Part shown: in pieces, positions 9,677 through 20,163 of the stretch | How positions within the stretch are numbered: position 1 is the stretch's first letter | Layout of the letters: every line of letters begins with the position of its first letter | Origin: Desulfovibrio piger | GTDB lineage: Bacteria; Bacillota; Clostridia; Lachnospirales; Lachnospiraceae | Reading direction: 5' to 3' | Assembly (NCBI GenBank): GCA_963590775.1 | Contig: CAVAPS010000006.1 | Coordinates: 15,314-79,313, forward strand | Length of the DNA stretch: 64,000 bases | Notes under the pieces: model-generated | The model's input: the letters and a program-made list of their open reading frames with translations, nothing else | Databases searched by the model: none | What the model was told of the DNA's origin: nothing | Position numbers and translations under genes: made by a program

Positions 9677-11593
9677 TTACGCATCAATATCAGCTTCATT
9701 TGCATGCGTATATATAAATTCTCTTCTAGGTGGTACATCTGTACCCATAAGCATTGCCGTAACCTCAGTTGCAAGCCTTGCATCCTCAATCTCAACCTGC
9801 TTTAAAATTCTTGTTTCTGGATTAAGCGTTGTCTCCCATAACTGGTCAGGGTCCATCTCTCCAAGACCTTTGTATCTCTGGAGTGTAAATGTTCCTGAGG
9901 TATGCTTCTTTCTGTAATCCTCAAGTGCTTTATCATCATACAGATATTCGCCCTCACCCTTCTTAGGTACAACCTTATAAAGAGGCGGTGTGGCAATATA
10001 TACATGTCCCTGATTAATAAGCTCTGGCATGAATCTGTAGAAGAATGTAAGCAACAGTGTATCAATATGCGCCCCATCTACATCGGCATCAGTCATAATA
10101 ATAATCTTGTTATATCTTAATTTGCTGATATCAAAATCGTTGCCGTAGCCCTCTAGGAAGCCACAGTTGAACGAATTAATCATTGTCTTAATCTCGGCAT
10201 TGGCAAGAACCTTATCAATACTTGCCTTCTCAACATTAAGAATCTTACCTCTGATTGGAAGAATTGCCTGTGTTCTTCTGTTTCTTGCAGTCTTTGCTGA
10301 ACCTCCGGCTGAGTCTCCCTCTACAATGAATACCTCACATTCCTCTGGATTCTTGCTTTCACAGTTGGCAAGCTTTCCGTTGCTGTCTATAGAGAATTTC
10401 TGCTTTGTAAGCATATTTGTCTTGGCTTTTTCTTCTGCTTTTCTTATCTTTGCAGATTTTTCGGCACAGGCAATTACAGCGTTAAGGTCGTCCAAATGTC
10501 TGTCGAAATAAAGCTGTACCTCGTCACCTGTTACATTTGCAACAACTGTACCAGCATCAGGATTATCAAGCTTGGTCTTGGTCTGTCCCTCAAATCTTGG
10601 TGCAGGATGCTTAACTGCAACAACCGCAGTCATACCGTTTCTTACATCAAGCCCTGTAAAATTAGCATCCTTATCCTTCAAGATACCAAGCTCTCTCGCA
10701 TACTGGTTAATAATCGTTGTAAACTTGGTCTTAAAGCCTGTAATATGTGTTCCACCCTCCTGGGTGTATATGTTATTACAGAAGCCAAGAATATTTTCCT
10801 CAAATTCATTAACAAACTGGAATGCAACCTCAACCTCAATATCGTCCTGCTTCTTCTTAAAATAGATAATATCGCAGACTGTCTCTTTGCCATTGTTAAG
10901 GTCTTTGATATATGCCTTAAGTCCGTCAGGCTCATGGAAAGTCTCCTTATCCTCGCTGCCCTTTCTCTTATCCTCGAATTCAATAGTAAGTCCCGGATTA
11001 AGATATGCAGTCTCGTGAAGTCTGCTCTTTATCGCGTCTGCCTTGAATCTTGTCTTTTCAAATATTTCTCCATCCGGAAGAAATGTAACAGTTGTACCAG
11101 TATCATTCTTTCTGCAAGTACCAATCTTTTCAAGTGATGCTGTCGCCTTGCCCCGCTCGTATCTTTGCTTGTACACGCCGCCATCAACTCTTATCTCAAC
11201 CTCAAGCCATACAGAAAGTGCATTAACTACAGACGCACCAACTCCGTGAAGTCCGCCTGATATCTTATACCCGCCATCTCCGAACTTACCGCCCGCATGA
11301 AGCACTGTGAATACAACCTCAACTGCAGGTATTCCGGCTTTAGGATGGATTCCGATAGGAATACCTCGTCCGTTATCTTTAATAGTTGCTGTTCCATCAT
11401 CATTAAGCGATACATTTATCTTGTCACAGAAACCAGCAAGATGTTCATCCACTGAATTATCCGCAATCTCATATATAAGATGGTTAAGTCCCTTAGTTCC
11501 GACACTGCCAATATACATACCAGGTCTCATTCTTACCGCTTCAAGACCTTCAAGTATCGATATACTGTTAGCATCATATTTATTAGCTGCCAT
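9677..11593 (-). CDS. parE: Type IIA topoisomerase subunit B, most likely ParE
   Basis: LEAVRMRPGMYIG, GGLHGVG, VEGDSAGG, PIRGK, DADVDG, RYKGLGEM; paired with the parC-like gene. Confidence 0.82.
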   Translation of the reverse strand: MAANKYDANSISILEGLEAVRMRPGMYIGSVGTKGLNHLIYEIADNSVDEHLAGFCDKINVSLNDDGTATIKDNGRGIPIGIHPKAGIPAVEVVFTVLHAGGKFGDGGYKISGGLHGVGASVVNALSVWLEVEIRVDGGVYKQRYERGKATASLEKIGTCRKNDTGTTVTFLPDGEIFEKTRFKADAIKSRLHETAYLNPGLTIEFEDKRKGSEDKETFHEPDGLKAYIKDLNNGKETVCDIIYFKKKQDDIEVEVAFQFVNEFEENILGFCNNIYTQEGGTHITGFKTKFTTIINQYARELGILKDKDANFTGLDVRNGMTAVVAVKHPAPRFEGQTKTKLDNPDAGTVVANVTGDEVQLYFDRHLDDLNAVIACAEKSAKIRKAEEKAKTNMLTKQKFSIDSNGKLANCESKNPEECEVFIVEGDSAGGSAKTARNRRTQAILPIRGKILNVEKASIDKVLANAEIKTMINSFNCGFLEGYGNDFDISKLRYNKIIIMTDADVDGAHIDTLLLTFFYRFMPELINQGHVYIATPPLYKVVPKKGEGEYLYDDKALEDYRKKHTSGTFTLQRYKGLGEMDPDQLWETTLNPETRILKQVEIEDARLATEVTAMLMGTDVPPRREFIYTHANEADIDA

Positions 11594-11612
11594 TACTCAA
11601 TTACTCTCCTCT

Positions 11613-12611
11613 CTACCTACCAAAATACGCATTAAAGGTATCCTCAAAGCTACTTCCCAATGTATACGCATCCTGAATACTTAATTTGTTCCATTCGCTG
11701 TTATTAAATTCCATATATATACCAGCTTCATATTTCTCAAAATCAGCATTAAACTGCTCTAACTTTCTCTTTTCAAGAATTGAAGACTTGTTGACCTCTG
11801 TCTTAGCCTTATCATTATCTGATGTACATCTTATAATGTAATATCTGCCTGCTGCCTCAACTATACCGCTCATCTCACCTGTAGACAGATTGAATGCTGC
11901 TTTTTCAAATGCTTCATCCATCTCTCCACGCTTCAGTTCATACTCATATTCGCCGTCTGCATTGTATTCCTTGGCAACTGCAAAGAATGAACTTCCTGAA
12001 TTCACAAGATTATATGCATTATTAATCTCTTCCTCTGAATCTGACACAATATACTGGATATCAATAACTCTTGCCTCATCTGCACTTACCTCAATATCCA
12101 TGCTTGAAGTAAGGTCATCATACAATTTCTTGGCAATTGCGAATTCAGTAAACATTGTATTCAGTTTATCCTTAGTTATTCCTGTATTACTTATCTGTGA
12201 TTCTGTTAATTCATTATAAAATGCATCAACAGCCTTACTTACAGAATCTTTTTCTTCTCTTCCAAGCACAACGCCGCGTTCCTTAGCCTTGACATTCATT
12301 GCCTTGACACGCATTAATTTGCTCTTAATCTGGTCTTTGATATAGCTTTCAAAGTCGGCATCGCCGATTTTCTCTTTCCATATATTACTGTCAAACATTT
12401 CCTCATATTCCTTCTTAACATCAGACATGAGAATATCTGCCTCGCATGTATAAGTCGTATTCTGTCCTACTGTCTTAATAAGCTCGCCGCTCTTCATTCC
12501 TGTTGTAAAATATATCATCCTTCCATTAAAGAACTTGATATACCCTGCAACTAACAGAACTACAACAAGAATAACTGCTAATATAATTAATGTTTTCTTT
12601 CTTCTTTTCAT
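11613..12611 (-). CDS. PrsA/SurA-like membrane-anchored foldase (PpiC-type PPIase domain)
   Basis: N-terminal TM, helical SurA-N-like region, and parvulin-like FFAVAKEY..RGEMDEAFEKAAFNL..GEMSGIVE..YYII. Confidence 0.8.
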   Translation of the reverse strand: MKRRKKTLIILAVILVVVLLVAGYIKFFNGRMIYFTTGMKSGELIKTVGQNTTYTCEADILMSDVKKEYEEMFDSNIWKEKIGDADFESYIKDQIKSKLMRVKAMNVKAKERGVVLGREEKDSVSKAVDAFYNELTESQISNTGITKDKLNTMFTEFAIAKKLYDDLTSSMDIEVSADEARVIDIQYIVSDSEEEINNAYNLVNSGSSFFAVAKEYNADGEYEYELKRGEMDEAFEKAAFNLSTGEMSGIVEAAGRYYIIRCTSDNDKAKTEVNKSSILEKRKLEQFNADFEKYEAGIYMEFNNSEWNKLSIQDAYTLGSSFEDTFNAYFGR

Positions 12612-12627
12612 ATTCTATCCTCTTTAA

Positions 12628-13107
12628 TTATTTGTGATACGGCTCATTCTTCATAATTCTGTAAGCCCTGTATATCTGTTCCAAAAGAATAACTCTCATA
12701 AGCTGGTGTGGAAATGTCATCTTTGAAAAACTCAGCTTATAATCAGCCCTCTTAAGTACTGTATCTGCCAGTCCCAGAGAGCCTCCTATTACAAATGTTA
12801 TGTTACTTGTTCCGTCTATTCCAAGTCTTTCAATCTTCTCAGAAAGTTCAACAGAATCAAACATTTTTCCTTCTATTGCAAGTGCACATACATAAGCATC
12901 ATCTTTAATCGCAGACAGGATTCTCTCCCCTTCCTTGTTCTTAATCTGCTCATTGACAACATCACTTGCATTATCCGGTGTTTTCTCATCAGGCAGTTCA
13001 ACAATATCAAGCTTACAATATCTTGAAAGTCTCTTGGAATACTCCTCAACCGCCTGAGTATAAAACTTTTCCTTAATCTTACCTACACATACAACAGTTA
13101 TACGCAT
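12628..13107 (-). CDS. rlmH: 23S rRNA pseudouridine-1915 N3-methyltransferase
   Basis: [44 protein letters not shown]. Confidence 0.97.
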   Translation of the reverse strand: MRITVVCVGKIKEKFYTQAVEEYSKRLSRYCKLDIVELPDEKTPDNASDVVNEQIKNKEGERILSAIKDDAYVCALAIEGKMFDSVELSEKIERLGIDGTSNITFVIGGSLGLADTVLKRADYKLSFSKMTFPHQLMRVILLEQIYRAYRIMKNEPYHK

Positions 13108-13112
13108 CTTTA

Positions 13113-13376
13113 CTATCCTTCCACGAAGAAAAATCCACCATTATCAAGCTTGAATACTTCTAACTGCTCAAGAAGCTCGTCATTGCTTAAGTCGGATACA
13201 TCCATTCCCTCATCATCCATAACTTCTCTTAATTCTTTAATATCCTTGCAGTATACTGCCATGCAGTCCTCTAAGAACTCCTTAGCTTCCTCTAAATCAT
13301 ATGCAACAGGCTCATCAAAAAGCTGTTTCTGATCTCTTAAAAATACCTTTGTGCACTCATCAATATGCTTATCCAT
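13113..13376 (-). CDS. Small acidic hypothetical protein
   Basis: 87 aa ORF tightly packed within an operon, with an AAGGAG RBS. Confidence 0.8.
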   Translation of the reverse strand: MDKHIDECTKVFLRDQKQLFDEPVAYDLEEAKEFLEDCMAVYCKDIKELREVMDDEGMDVSDLSNDELLEQLEVFKLDNGGFFFVEG

Positions 13377-13389
13377 AACTTAAGTCTCC

Positions 13390-14172
13390 TTATCTTATCT
13401 CTTTAAATTGTTCTCTTAATGTTCCTTCTACCCATCCTGTTACGAAACGTCCATGTTTCTTGACATCTGGAACTGCTTTTTCCATAACATATGAATAATA
13501 TACCTTGTCCAACATTGCAATATCGTTATAATTATCACCAAATGCCATACATTCTTCAGGTTTTAAGCCGAAATATTTCTGTATCTGCTCAATTCCTCTT
13601 CCCTTATTAACAGCAGAGTCCATAAAGTCCAGATATAATTCACCTGATACAAGTACTGAAGCCTTGTCACTCCATTTGTTAATAAAATGCTCCTTGGAAT
13701 TCTTAATTCCTGACATATCGCACACAGCTATCTTTAATATATCTTCGTCAATATCTGTGAACTTATCAACTAATGTGGTTTGATAATTGACTACCTTGGT
13801 CATCCTGTAATAATATTCTTCAGACTTAGGCTTAATATATGCTGTATGTTCTCCTGATACAAGCACCTCACAATTAGGCTGTTCAATTACATCCTCAATT
13901 ATCTCCAGTGCAAGCTTTCGCTCCATCGCAGTCTTACCAATAGTTTCGCCTCTGTATTCGACAAGTGCTCCATTCTCAGCAATATAAGCCAGCTTATTAC
14001 TAACCGGTTCAAAAAGTCTCTTAAGACTTGTTATCTGCCTTCCACTTGCAGGTGCAAATATAACTCCACTATCAACAAGCTTATTAGTATACTGTATAGC
14101 AGATTCATCAACACTCTGTGCTCCGTTAAGAAGCAATGTCCCATCAAGGTCACATGCTACGAATTTAACCAT
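13390..14172 (-). CDS. Cof-type HAD-IIB hydrolase
   Basis: DLDGTLL, ASGR, ENGA, NKG, AFGDNYNDIAML. Confidence 0.93.
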   Translation of the reverse strand: MVKFVACDLDGTLLLNGAQSVDESAIQYTNKLVDSGVIFAPASGRQITSLKRLFEPVSNKLAYIAENGALVEYRGETIGKTAMERKLALEIIEDVIEQPNCEVLVSGEHTAYIKPKSEEYYYRMTKVVNYQTTLVDKFTDIDEDILKIAVCDMSGIKNSKEHFINKWSDKASVLVSGELYLDFMDSAVNKGRGIEQIQKYFGLKPEECMAFGDNYNDIAMLDKVYYSYVMEKAVPDVKKHGRFVTGWVEGTLREQFKEIR

Positions 14173-14183
14173 ATGTTCTCTCC

Positions 14184-14747
14184 TTAAAACGCCTTAAGCT
14201 CATGCACAAGTCTTGCAACTGGAAGTCCGACAACATTATTATAATCACCTTCAATTCCCTTAATGTATGCTGCAAATTTCCCCTGAATACCATATGCACC
14301 AGCCTTATCCATAGGCTCTCCTGTGCTTATGTAATCCCTGATTTCATTGTCAGTCATATCATATACCCACACATCTGTCTTTTCATAAAAGCTTACATTC
14401 TTATGTGTACTGCATATAGTTACACCTGTATACACCTGATGAATCTCACCTTCCAAAAACTTAAGTATTCTGAATGCATCCTCTTCATCCTTAGGCTTGG
14501 TAAGAATCTCTCCCTTATGGTAAACAATAGTATCTGCACCTATAACGATTACAGAATCCTCTTTATCTGAATACTGTTCCAAAACAGACTGTGCCTTAAT
14601 AGAAGATAATTCTCTTACATAATCCTCCGGCTCCATCTCTTTAATATTCTCATCTGCATCACTTGTAACAACAGTAAAATCAAGTCCTACCTGACTCATT
14701 AATTCTCTTCGTCTTGGCGAACCCGATGCAAGTATCAAATGTTTCAT
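14184..14747 (-). CDS. maf: Maf/YhdE nucleoside triphosphate pyrophosphatase
   Basis: LILASGSPRRRELM, IGADT, DKAGAYGIQG, NVVGLP. Confidence 0.95.
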   Translation of the reverse strand: MKHLILASGSPRRRELMSQVGLDFTVVTSDADENIKEMEPEDYVRELSSIKAQSVLEQYSDKEDSVIVIGADTIVYHKGEILTKPKDEEDAFRILKFLEGEIHQVYTGVTICSTHKNVSFYEKTDVWVYDMTDNEIRDYISTGEPMDKAGAYGIQGKFAAYIKGIEGDYNNVVGLPVARLVHELKAF

Positions 14748-14908
14748 AAACTTCCATCTCCTTGTTCTTCACTGTATTTTGTGTTCAGAGCCTACTTCAA
14801 CTCATACATATTGCATTATAGCATAAAAAAACAGAGTGCTTCAATACCACTCTAATAAAAAAGGCACAACATTATATGCTGTGCCTCAATAATCATTAAT
14901 ATTAAATA

Positions 14909-16534
14909 TTATTGCTTATTATTCTTCTTGCTTATAACAATTACTGTTCCGAATATAACAACTGCTGCAGCAAGAACTATAACATATACCCAGACATGAT
15001 TGTTGTCACCCGTCTTTACAACTTCTTCATCAGCAGCAACTTCACCGTTCTTTCTTACTCTTGAACCGTCTATTGCAGCTCCGTCTTTTCCTGTTACCAG
15101 TTCTTCATCTCCAGCAACTTCGCCACTCTTCTTAGTAACATCTGCACCTGATATATCATCAGTTTTCTTAGTCGTATTCTCTGTCTTTATCGACTCATCA
15201 GTTTTTGTTGATTCATCAGCTTTTGTTGTTTCAATAACCTTAGTAGCGTCATCAGCTTTCGTTGTATCACTTACTGTAGTTTCTTCACTAGCCTTTGTTG
15301 TCTCATTTACCGTAGTTTCTTCGTTAGCCTTTGTTGTCTCATTTACTGTTGTTTCTTCACTAGCCTTTGTTGTCTCATTTACTGTTGTTTCTTCACTAGT
15401 CTTTGTTGTCTCACTAACAGTCTCTGCTGATGATTCTGTAGATTCTGCATCAGACTTTGTCTCAGTAGTTGTCTCTTTCGCTGTTGTTCCTTCCTGCTGA
15501 CAATCAGATACAAAATGCATCTCACCATTAACATTAACGAATGTTCTGGCAATTGCTCTTCCGTTGCATGTTGATGTAAGAGTAACATCCGCTCTAGGAG
15601 CAACTACTATACCACATATCTCAGCTATATTAAGCTTATCCGAAACATTAACCGCATTAAATACTACTGTATCAGATATATCAACATCTGTTAATCCGCC
15701 CGAATTCTTTCCATTAATGCTGAATCTCTTAACCTCTGCATCTCCATCTGCACCTAAAAGATTCATAATAACAAACTGACCATCAGCCTTATTAGTTATA
15801 CTGAGCTGACCTTCTCCATAATATGATGAAACTTCGTTTCCCTGCCAGTCTGTATAATTACTTGCATACATATTAACTACTACAATCTGTTTGTCCTTGA
15901 ATGATGAAAGGTCTATCTTCTTCTCATCATTAGCACCAATAACAATATCAGCCTCCTCATCAGGAATATCCGCATATTCTTTAAAATTATCATATACCTT
16001 ATCAAGTGCCGCAGTTACATCCATATAATCTTCTGCATAATAAACATTGATTGTATCTTTACAATTGCTGACATTAATAACAGCTCCTGTTCTGTTTCCA
16101 TCAACATTTTTAATATAATACTTGTTCTCTCTCGCCTCATAATCATAATCTGTTCCAAGGACAAGATTATTAAATGCATTCCTGTCAATAAACACTTCTG
16201 ATGAACCTGCGTTATCGAAACTTCTGATATAAGTTGTTCCCACACTCATATCCAGCCAGGCACTCAGCCACTGGTCTGTTATGACAAGCTTATTGGTTGC
16301 AAAACATGTCTGATTATGATTAGCGTTCTTAAATTCTTCTGCAACCACACCATATGGCTTAGCTGCTCCCAACAGTTCATCAAGTACATCCTGTGTCTTA
16401 GAATATGCCCCAGCCTTTAATGAAGTTCCTGCAATCACCGAACCAGCAACCATTGCTGCAACAAGAATACCACTAATAATCTTCTTAGACTTTGTACTCA
16501 GACTGCTTAATCGTTTTCTTAAAAACATGAGCAT
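14909..16534 (-). CDS. Secreted cell-wall-anchored protein with choice-of-anchor-A-like beta domain, Thr/Glu-rich stalk and KTGD sorting signal
   Basis: Signal peptide; VVFNA..GIVVAPRADVTL..NGRAIA..GEMHF resembles the choice-of-anchor A C-terminal part; ETTKA repeats; VKTGD + TM + basic tail. Confidence 0.72.
   Translation of the reverse strand: MLMFLRKRLSSLSTKSKKIISGILVAAMVAGSVIAGTSLKAGAYSKTQDVLDELLGAAKPYGVVAEEFKNANHNQTCFATNKLVITDQWLSAWLDMSVGTTYIRSFDNAGSSEVFIDRNAFNNLVLGTDYDYEARENKYYIKNVDGNRTGAVINVSNCKDTINVYYAEDYMDVTAALDKVYDNFKEYADIPDEEADIVIGANDEKKIDLSSFKDKQIVVVNMYASNYTDWQGNEVSSYYGEGQLSITNKADGQFVIMNLLGADGDAEVKRFSINGKNSGGLTDVDISDTVVFNAVNVSDKLNIAEICGIVVAPRADVTLTSTCNGRAIARTFVNVNGEMHFVSDCQQEGTTAKETTTETKSDAESTESSAETVSETTKTSEETTVNETTKASEETTVNETTKANEETTVNETTKASEETTVSDTTKADDATKVIETTKADESTKTDESIKTENTTKKTDDISGADVTKKSGEVAGDEELVTGKDGAAIDGSRVRKNGEVAADEEVVKTGDNNHVWVYVIVLAAAVVIFGTVIVISKKNNKQ
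15271..15414. repeat. 4 x 36-bp coding tandem repeat (SEETTVNETTKA)
   Basis: Unit TTACTGTAGTTTCTTCACTAGCCTTTGTTGTCTCAT recurs at 15271, 15307, 15343 and 15379 with few mismatches. Confidence 0.92.
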
Positions 16535-16663
16535 CCCTCCTAAATGTTTGAATCAATAGTTTCCACCTTTAATTATATTTCTTTCTCTCTACATGCTTAT
16601 AATATCATTAGTACCATAGTACCGCTCCCCCCTTTGAGGGGGATTTTTTCATCCTAAATTAAT

Positions 16664-16722
16664 AAAAACAAGCCCATAGGCGAAAACGTTATCGATACAA
16701 TATACGTTTCGCTTATGGGCTT
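16664..16722 (-). terminator. Intrinsic terminator of leuA
   Basis: AAGCCCATAGGCGAAA...TTTCGCTTATGGGCTT stem with a flanking A-run, just past the leuA stop. Confidence 0.75.
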
Positions 16723-16748
16723 TATATCAATATATTATTATATTAAGA

Positions 16749-18410
16749 TTAAGCTTCGAGGCTTCTGTTCATAGCTGACTCTAACGCATCAATAGAAGCT
16801 CTGATGATATCATGATCAATACCAATACCGAAGTAATTCTTGCCATCTTCTCCTGTAATACCAACATATGCAATGGCACTTGAGTCAGATCCCTTCTTTA
16901 ATGAATGTTCTTCATAGCAGAAGATATCGCAAGGCTTTCCAAAATGACTTGAAAGTGCATTACTTACTGCGTCAAGACGACCATTACCGCCATCTTCAAC
17001 ATTGCTCTTCTTACCATTCTCATCAATAGTTACAACTGTCTGGATTCCATTAATCTGCTTGAAATGTACCTCAGAAATCTTGAATACTGGTGTATATTTC
17101 TTATATCTCTTCTCGAATATCTCAAGAACCTCATCAGGTGAAAGTTCCTTATGATTAACATCAGATACATCCTTAACTGCATAACCTAAATCTTCTCTCA
17201 TTGCCTTAGGAACAATCATTCCATAGTTATGCTCAAGAACATAAGCTACGCCACCCTTACCAGACTGGCTGTTAATTCTTATAACATCTGAATCATATGT
17301 ACGTCCGACATCTTCCGGATTAATAGGAAGATATGGAACAGTCCACTTGTTAGGGTCATTCTCAATTCTGTAATGCATTCCCTTAGATATAGCATCCTGA
17401 TGTGAACCTGAGAAAGCTGCAAATACAAGCTTACCACACCATGGGTGACGGTCATCAATCTTCATCTGTGTAAGTCTTTCAAATACTTCTGCAAGATGCG
17501 GCATATCAGAAAGATCAAGTTCAGGATTAACGCCCTGCATATACATATTCATAGCAAGTGTAATAATATCAACATTACCTGTTCTCTCACCATTACCGAA
17601 AAGTGTTCCCTCAATTCTGTCTGCACCTGCAAGAAGTCCTAACTCTGCATCAGCAACACCTGTTGAACGGTCATTATGTGGATGAAGAGAAATAATAACA
17701 TTCTCTCTGTTGTGCATGTACTTAGACATATATTCAATCTGGCTTGCAAATACATGTGGAAGTGACATCTCAACTGTAGCAGGAAGATTGATAATACATT
17801 TCTTATCAGGAGTTGGCTGCCAGATATCTACAACAGCGTTGCACACTTCAAGTGCATACTCTGGCTCTGTTCCTGTAAAGCTCTCCGGGCTGTATTCGAA
17901 AAGGAAGTTTCCTCCATCAGCTTCAGCAAGTTCCTTTAATAACTTAGCACCTTCAATAGCAATCTGCTTAACTTCTTCCTTAGACTTCTTGAACACCTGT
18001 TCTCTCTGAGCTAATGAAGTAGAATTATATACATGAACGATTGCTCTTGGAGCACCCTTTACAGCTTCAAATGTCTTCTTGATAATATGTGGTCTTGCCT
18101 GAGTAAGAACCTGAATTGTAACATCATCAGGAATCATATTCTTCTCAATAAGTGTACGGCAGAACTCATATTCTGTCTCAGAAGCTGCAGGGAAACCTAT
18201 CTCAATTTCCTTAAATCCAACTTCAACTAACATCTGGAAGAATTCAAGCTTTTCATCAAGGCTCATAGGTTCAACAAGAGCCTGGTTACCATCTCTTAAA
18301 TCAACTGAACACCAGATTGGTGCCTTATCAACATACTCCTTGTTAACCCAGTCATTACACTTAACTGGTGGCATAAAATAGCCTCTTTCATACTGTCTGT
18401 AATCAAACAT
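16749..18410 (-). CDS. leuA: 2-isopropylmalate synthase (LeuA type 2)
   Basis: WCSVDLRDGNQAL, FEYSPESF, SLHPHNDR, GNGERTGNVD, RINSQSGKGG. Start moved to ATG 18410 (MFDYRQ), which follows a CAGGAGG RBS. Confidence 0.96.
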   Translation of the reverse strand: MFDYRQYERGYFMPPVKCNDWVNKEYVDKAPIWCSVDLRDGNQALVEPMSLDEKLEFFQMLVEVGFKEIEIGFPAASETEYEFCRTLIEKNMIPDDVTIQVLTQARPHIIKKTFEAVKGAPRAIVHVYNSTSLAQREQVFKKSKEEVKQIAIEGAKLLKELAEADGGNFLFEYSPESFTGTEPEYALEVCNAVVDIWQPTPDKKCIINLPATVEMSLPHVFASQIEYMSKYMHNRENVIISLHPHNDRSTGVADAELGLLAGADRIEGTLFGNGERTGNVDIITLAMNMYMQGVNPELDLSDMPHLAEVFERLTQMKIDDRHPWCGKLVFAAFSGSHQDAISKGMHYRIENDPNKWTVPYLPINPEDVGRTYDSDVIRINSQSGKGGVAYVLEHNYGMIVPKAMREDLGYAVKDVSDVNHKELSPDEVLEIFEKRYKKYTPVFKISEVHFKQINGIQTVVTIDENGKKSNVEDGGNGRLDAVSNALSSHFGKPCDIFCYEEHSLKKGSDSSAIAYVGITGEDGKNYFGIGIDHDIIRASIDALESAMNRSLEA

Positions 18411-18476
18411 TCCTAAAACCTCCTGAAAATATAAATATGTATTGTTAATAAGTAAAGGCTTTCTTAAAGATAAGCA

Positions 18477-18762
18477 TAAAAAAATCTTTCGTCCATGGGC
18501 AATTCTACCCAAAGAGACGAAAGACATAATCTCACGCGTTACCACTCTTCTTCATAGCTATGCTATGCACTCACTGAATACGTACAACAAATGTGTTGTA
18601 TTATATTCTGTCCACTATAACGGTTGGCTTCCGGCTACTCCTACTTCTCATGATGATTTCAGGTAGCAGCTCCAAGGCGAGTTCAATAAGTTCCTTCGAC
18701 TGCCTCGCACCATCCGGCAGCTCTCTGACTCTGGTTCCCATCTAATAGTCCTCTTCACAGCA
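18477..18762 (-). promoter_or_regulatory. Leucine T-box riboswitch leader
   Basis: On the minus strand: AGAGAGC (AG box), GGTGCGA, specifier loop GAA-CTC-GCC (CTC = Leu, 18679-18681), T-box AAGAGTGGTAACGCG (18535-18549), then terminator TCTTTCGTC..GACGAAAGA-T7. Confidence 0.93.
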
Positions 18763-18770
18763 TTTACTTA

Positions 18771-20144
18771 TTATGTACGCCTATTATACTTGTCGTTTTT
18801 CACAAAGTCAAGCATAAATTCAAGTTCTTCTTTGGAAATATTCTTATCAGAATATCTTGCTTTCTCATAACTTGCAGTAATTCTGTCTGCCGCCTCTGCA
18901 TCGACAGTTATTCTGTTTCTTGTTATATCCTGTGGCTGCATATTCTCAAGTGCAGTATTATCTGTAGCTTTTGCTGACTTTGAAGCCTTTATAGCAGCTT
19001 TTCTGAAAGCCTTCCTGTACTGCATATTAACAGGCATATTCTTAGCTTCTTCTGTTCTCTGGTGTCTCTTTATCCTTGCCTCTGTCCTTCTATCCCTGCC
19101 GATGAATTCAACTTCATCACCGTTCTCATCTTGTGCCTTCTTGAAATTCTTTGCATATTTCACAATTAGATAGATAATAAATGCCATAAGAACAATCACA
19201 AACACTATTGCAAATGCAGTAAATAATGCACTCATAACAGGATTATCAGTAAATGCGAGGTCATTATCTCCACTTACCACATCATCTGAAACTGGATTCA
19301 CAGATTCATCAGGCATAGTAGAAACCTCTTCCTTTTCTCTTATAAGCCTTAAGAAAAGCTTCAGCACTATCCTTATAACTGCTGCAAAACCAGAACCTAT
19401 CAATGTAAATATATTGCCATAATCTCCGCTATAGAACAAAAGCATGCCAAGAATCATAAGTCCTGACACAACCATAACCATTATCATGTTAATTCCTGTA
19501 ATTCTCTCAGCAGGAAATTCTGATTTGCCGGCATTACTTATAAACAAAGAATTAAGCTCTTTTAACTGATTAGCAAGAAAAACAATTAATATAAAGAGTA
19601 CAAACAGTACTGCCTCATAATTAACAAGAAAAATGTTACCTGTTGAGCCGCCGCAAAGACTTCCTGCCACCATAATTACACAATATAATGGTGACATTTT
19701 CTCTCCTGCCTGCAATACCGCCTTTTTCTCGTCCTGATTCGCATCAGCAAACTGGCTGCCATAAAGAGGTTCATTCATATATTCAGTTTTTCTTGCATTA
19801 GCAGCTTTAATGCTTACAGACCTGATACATATAGCAAGTACACTTACAAAATACGCCGTAGACTCCGCATCACCTTTTCCAAGCACAACTGCTATTATAA
19901 GCAACACTCCATGAACCAGCATAAAAGGAAGCATTTTGCGTGTATGCTTTCTTGCTGCATATGTTACGATAACCGGAACTGCCATCAACAGTGTAATAAT
20001 AATATAACTGTCAGGTTTCTTTGTAAGTCCTAATATAACAAATGCAGAAAAAGCAATAGCTGCCAGGCACTGGCTTATTATATCTGTCAATGTTCTTATT
20101 GTTCTCAGTTTATTATAATCATAAACTTGTCCCGACTCATTCAT
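18771..20144 (-). CDS. Polytopic membrane protein with DUF4129-like C-terminus (MoxR cluster)
   Basis: Multiple TM helices; C-terminal ITASYEKARYS matches the DUF4129 YExARY pattern; third gene of the moxR-DUF58 operon. Confidence 0.65.
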   Translation of the reverse strand: MNESGQVYDYNKLRTIRTLTDIISQCLAAIAFSAFVILGLTKKPDSYIIITLLMAVPVIVTYAARKHTRKMLPFMLVHGVLLIIAVVLGKGDAESTAYFVSVLAICIRSVSIKAANARKTEYMNEPLYGSQFADANQDEKKAVLQAGEKMSPLYCVIMVAGSLCGGSTGNIFLVNYEAVLFVLFILIVFLANQLKELNSLFISNAGKSEFPAERITGINMIMVMVVSGLMILGMLLFYSGDYGNIFTLIGSGFAAVIRIVLKLFLRLIREKEEVSTMPDESVNPVSDDVVSGDNDLAFTDNPVMSALFTAFAIVFVIVLMAFIIYLIVKYAKNFKKAQDENGDEVEFIGRDRRTEARIKRHQRTEEAKNMPVNMQYRKAFRKAAIKASKSAKATDNTALENMQPQDITRNRITVDAEAADRITASYEKARYSDKNISKEELEFMLDFVKNDKYNRRT

Positions 20145-20163
20145 ATGTTATCTCCTGATAAAC

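Noticed and set aside
7349..11593. Calling the pair gyrA/gyrB, or a quinolone-resistance allele
   Set aside because: No GyrA-box and no oriC-type context; the QRDR HGDSSIYE has the usual Ser and acidic residue.
15271..15414. 36-bp repeats of CRISPR-like length
   Set aside because: Head-to-tail with no spacers, and in frame within a surface-protein stalk.
16626..16649. C6-TTTGA-G5 hairpin as a phase-variable tract or SigI promoter
   Set aside because: The tracts are short and spacing to a CGWA -10 does not fit; no function can be supported.
18411..18545. N-terminal extension of LeuA in the ORF track
   Set aside because: It runs through the T-box terminator; the RBS supports ATG 18410.
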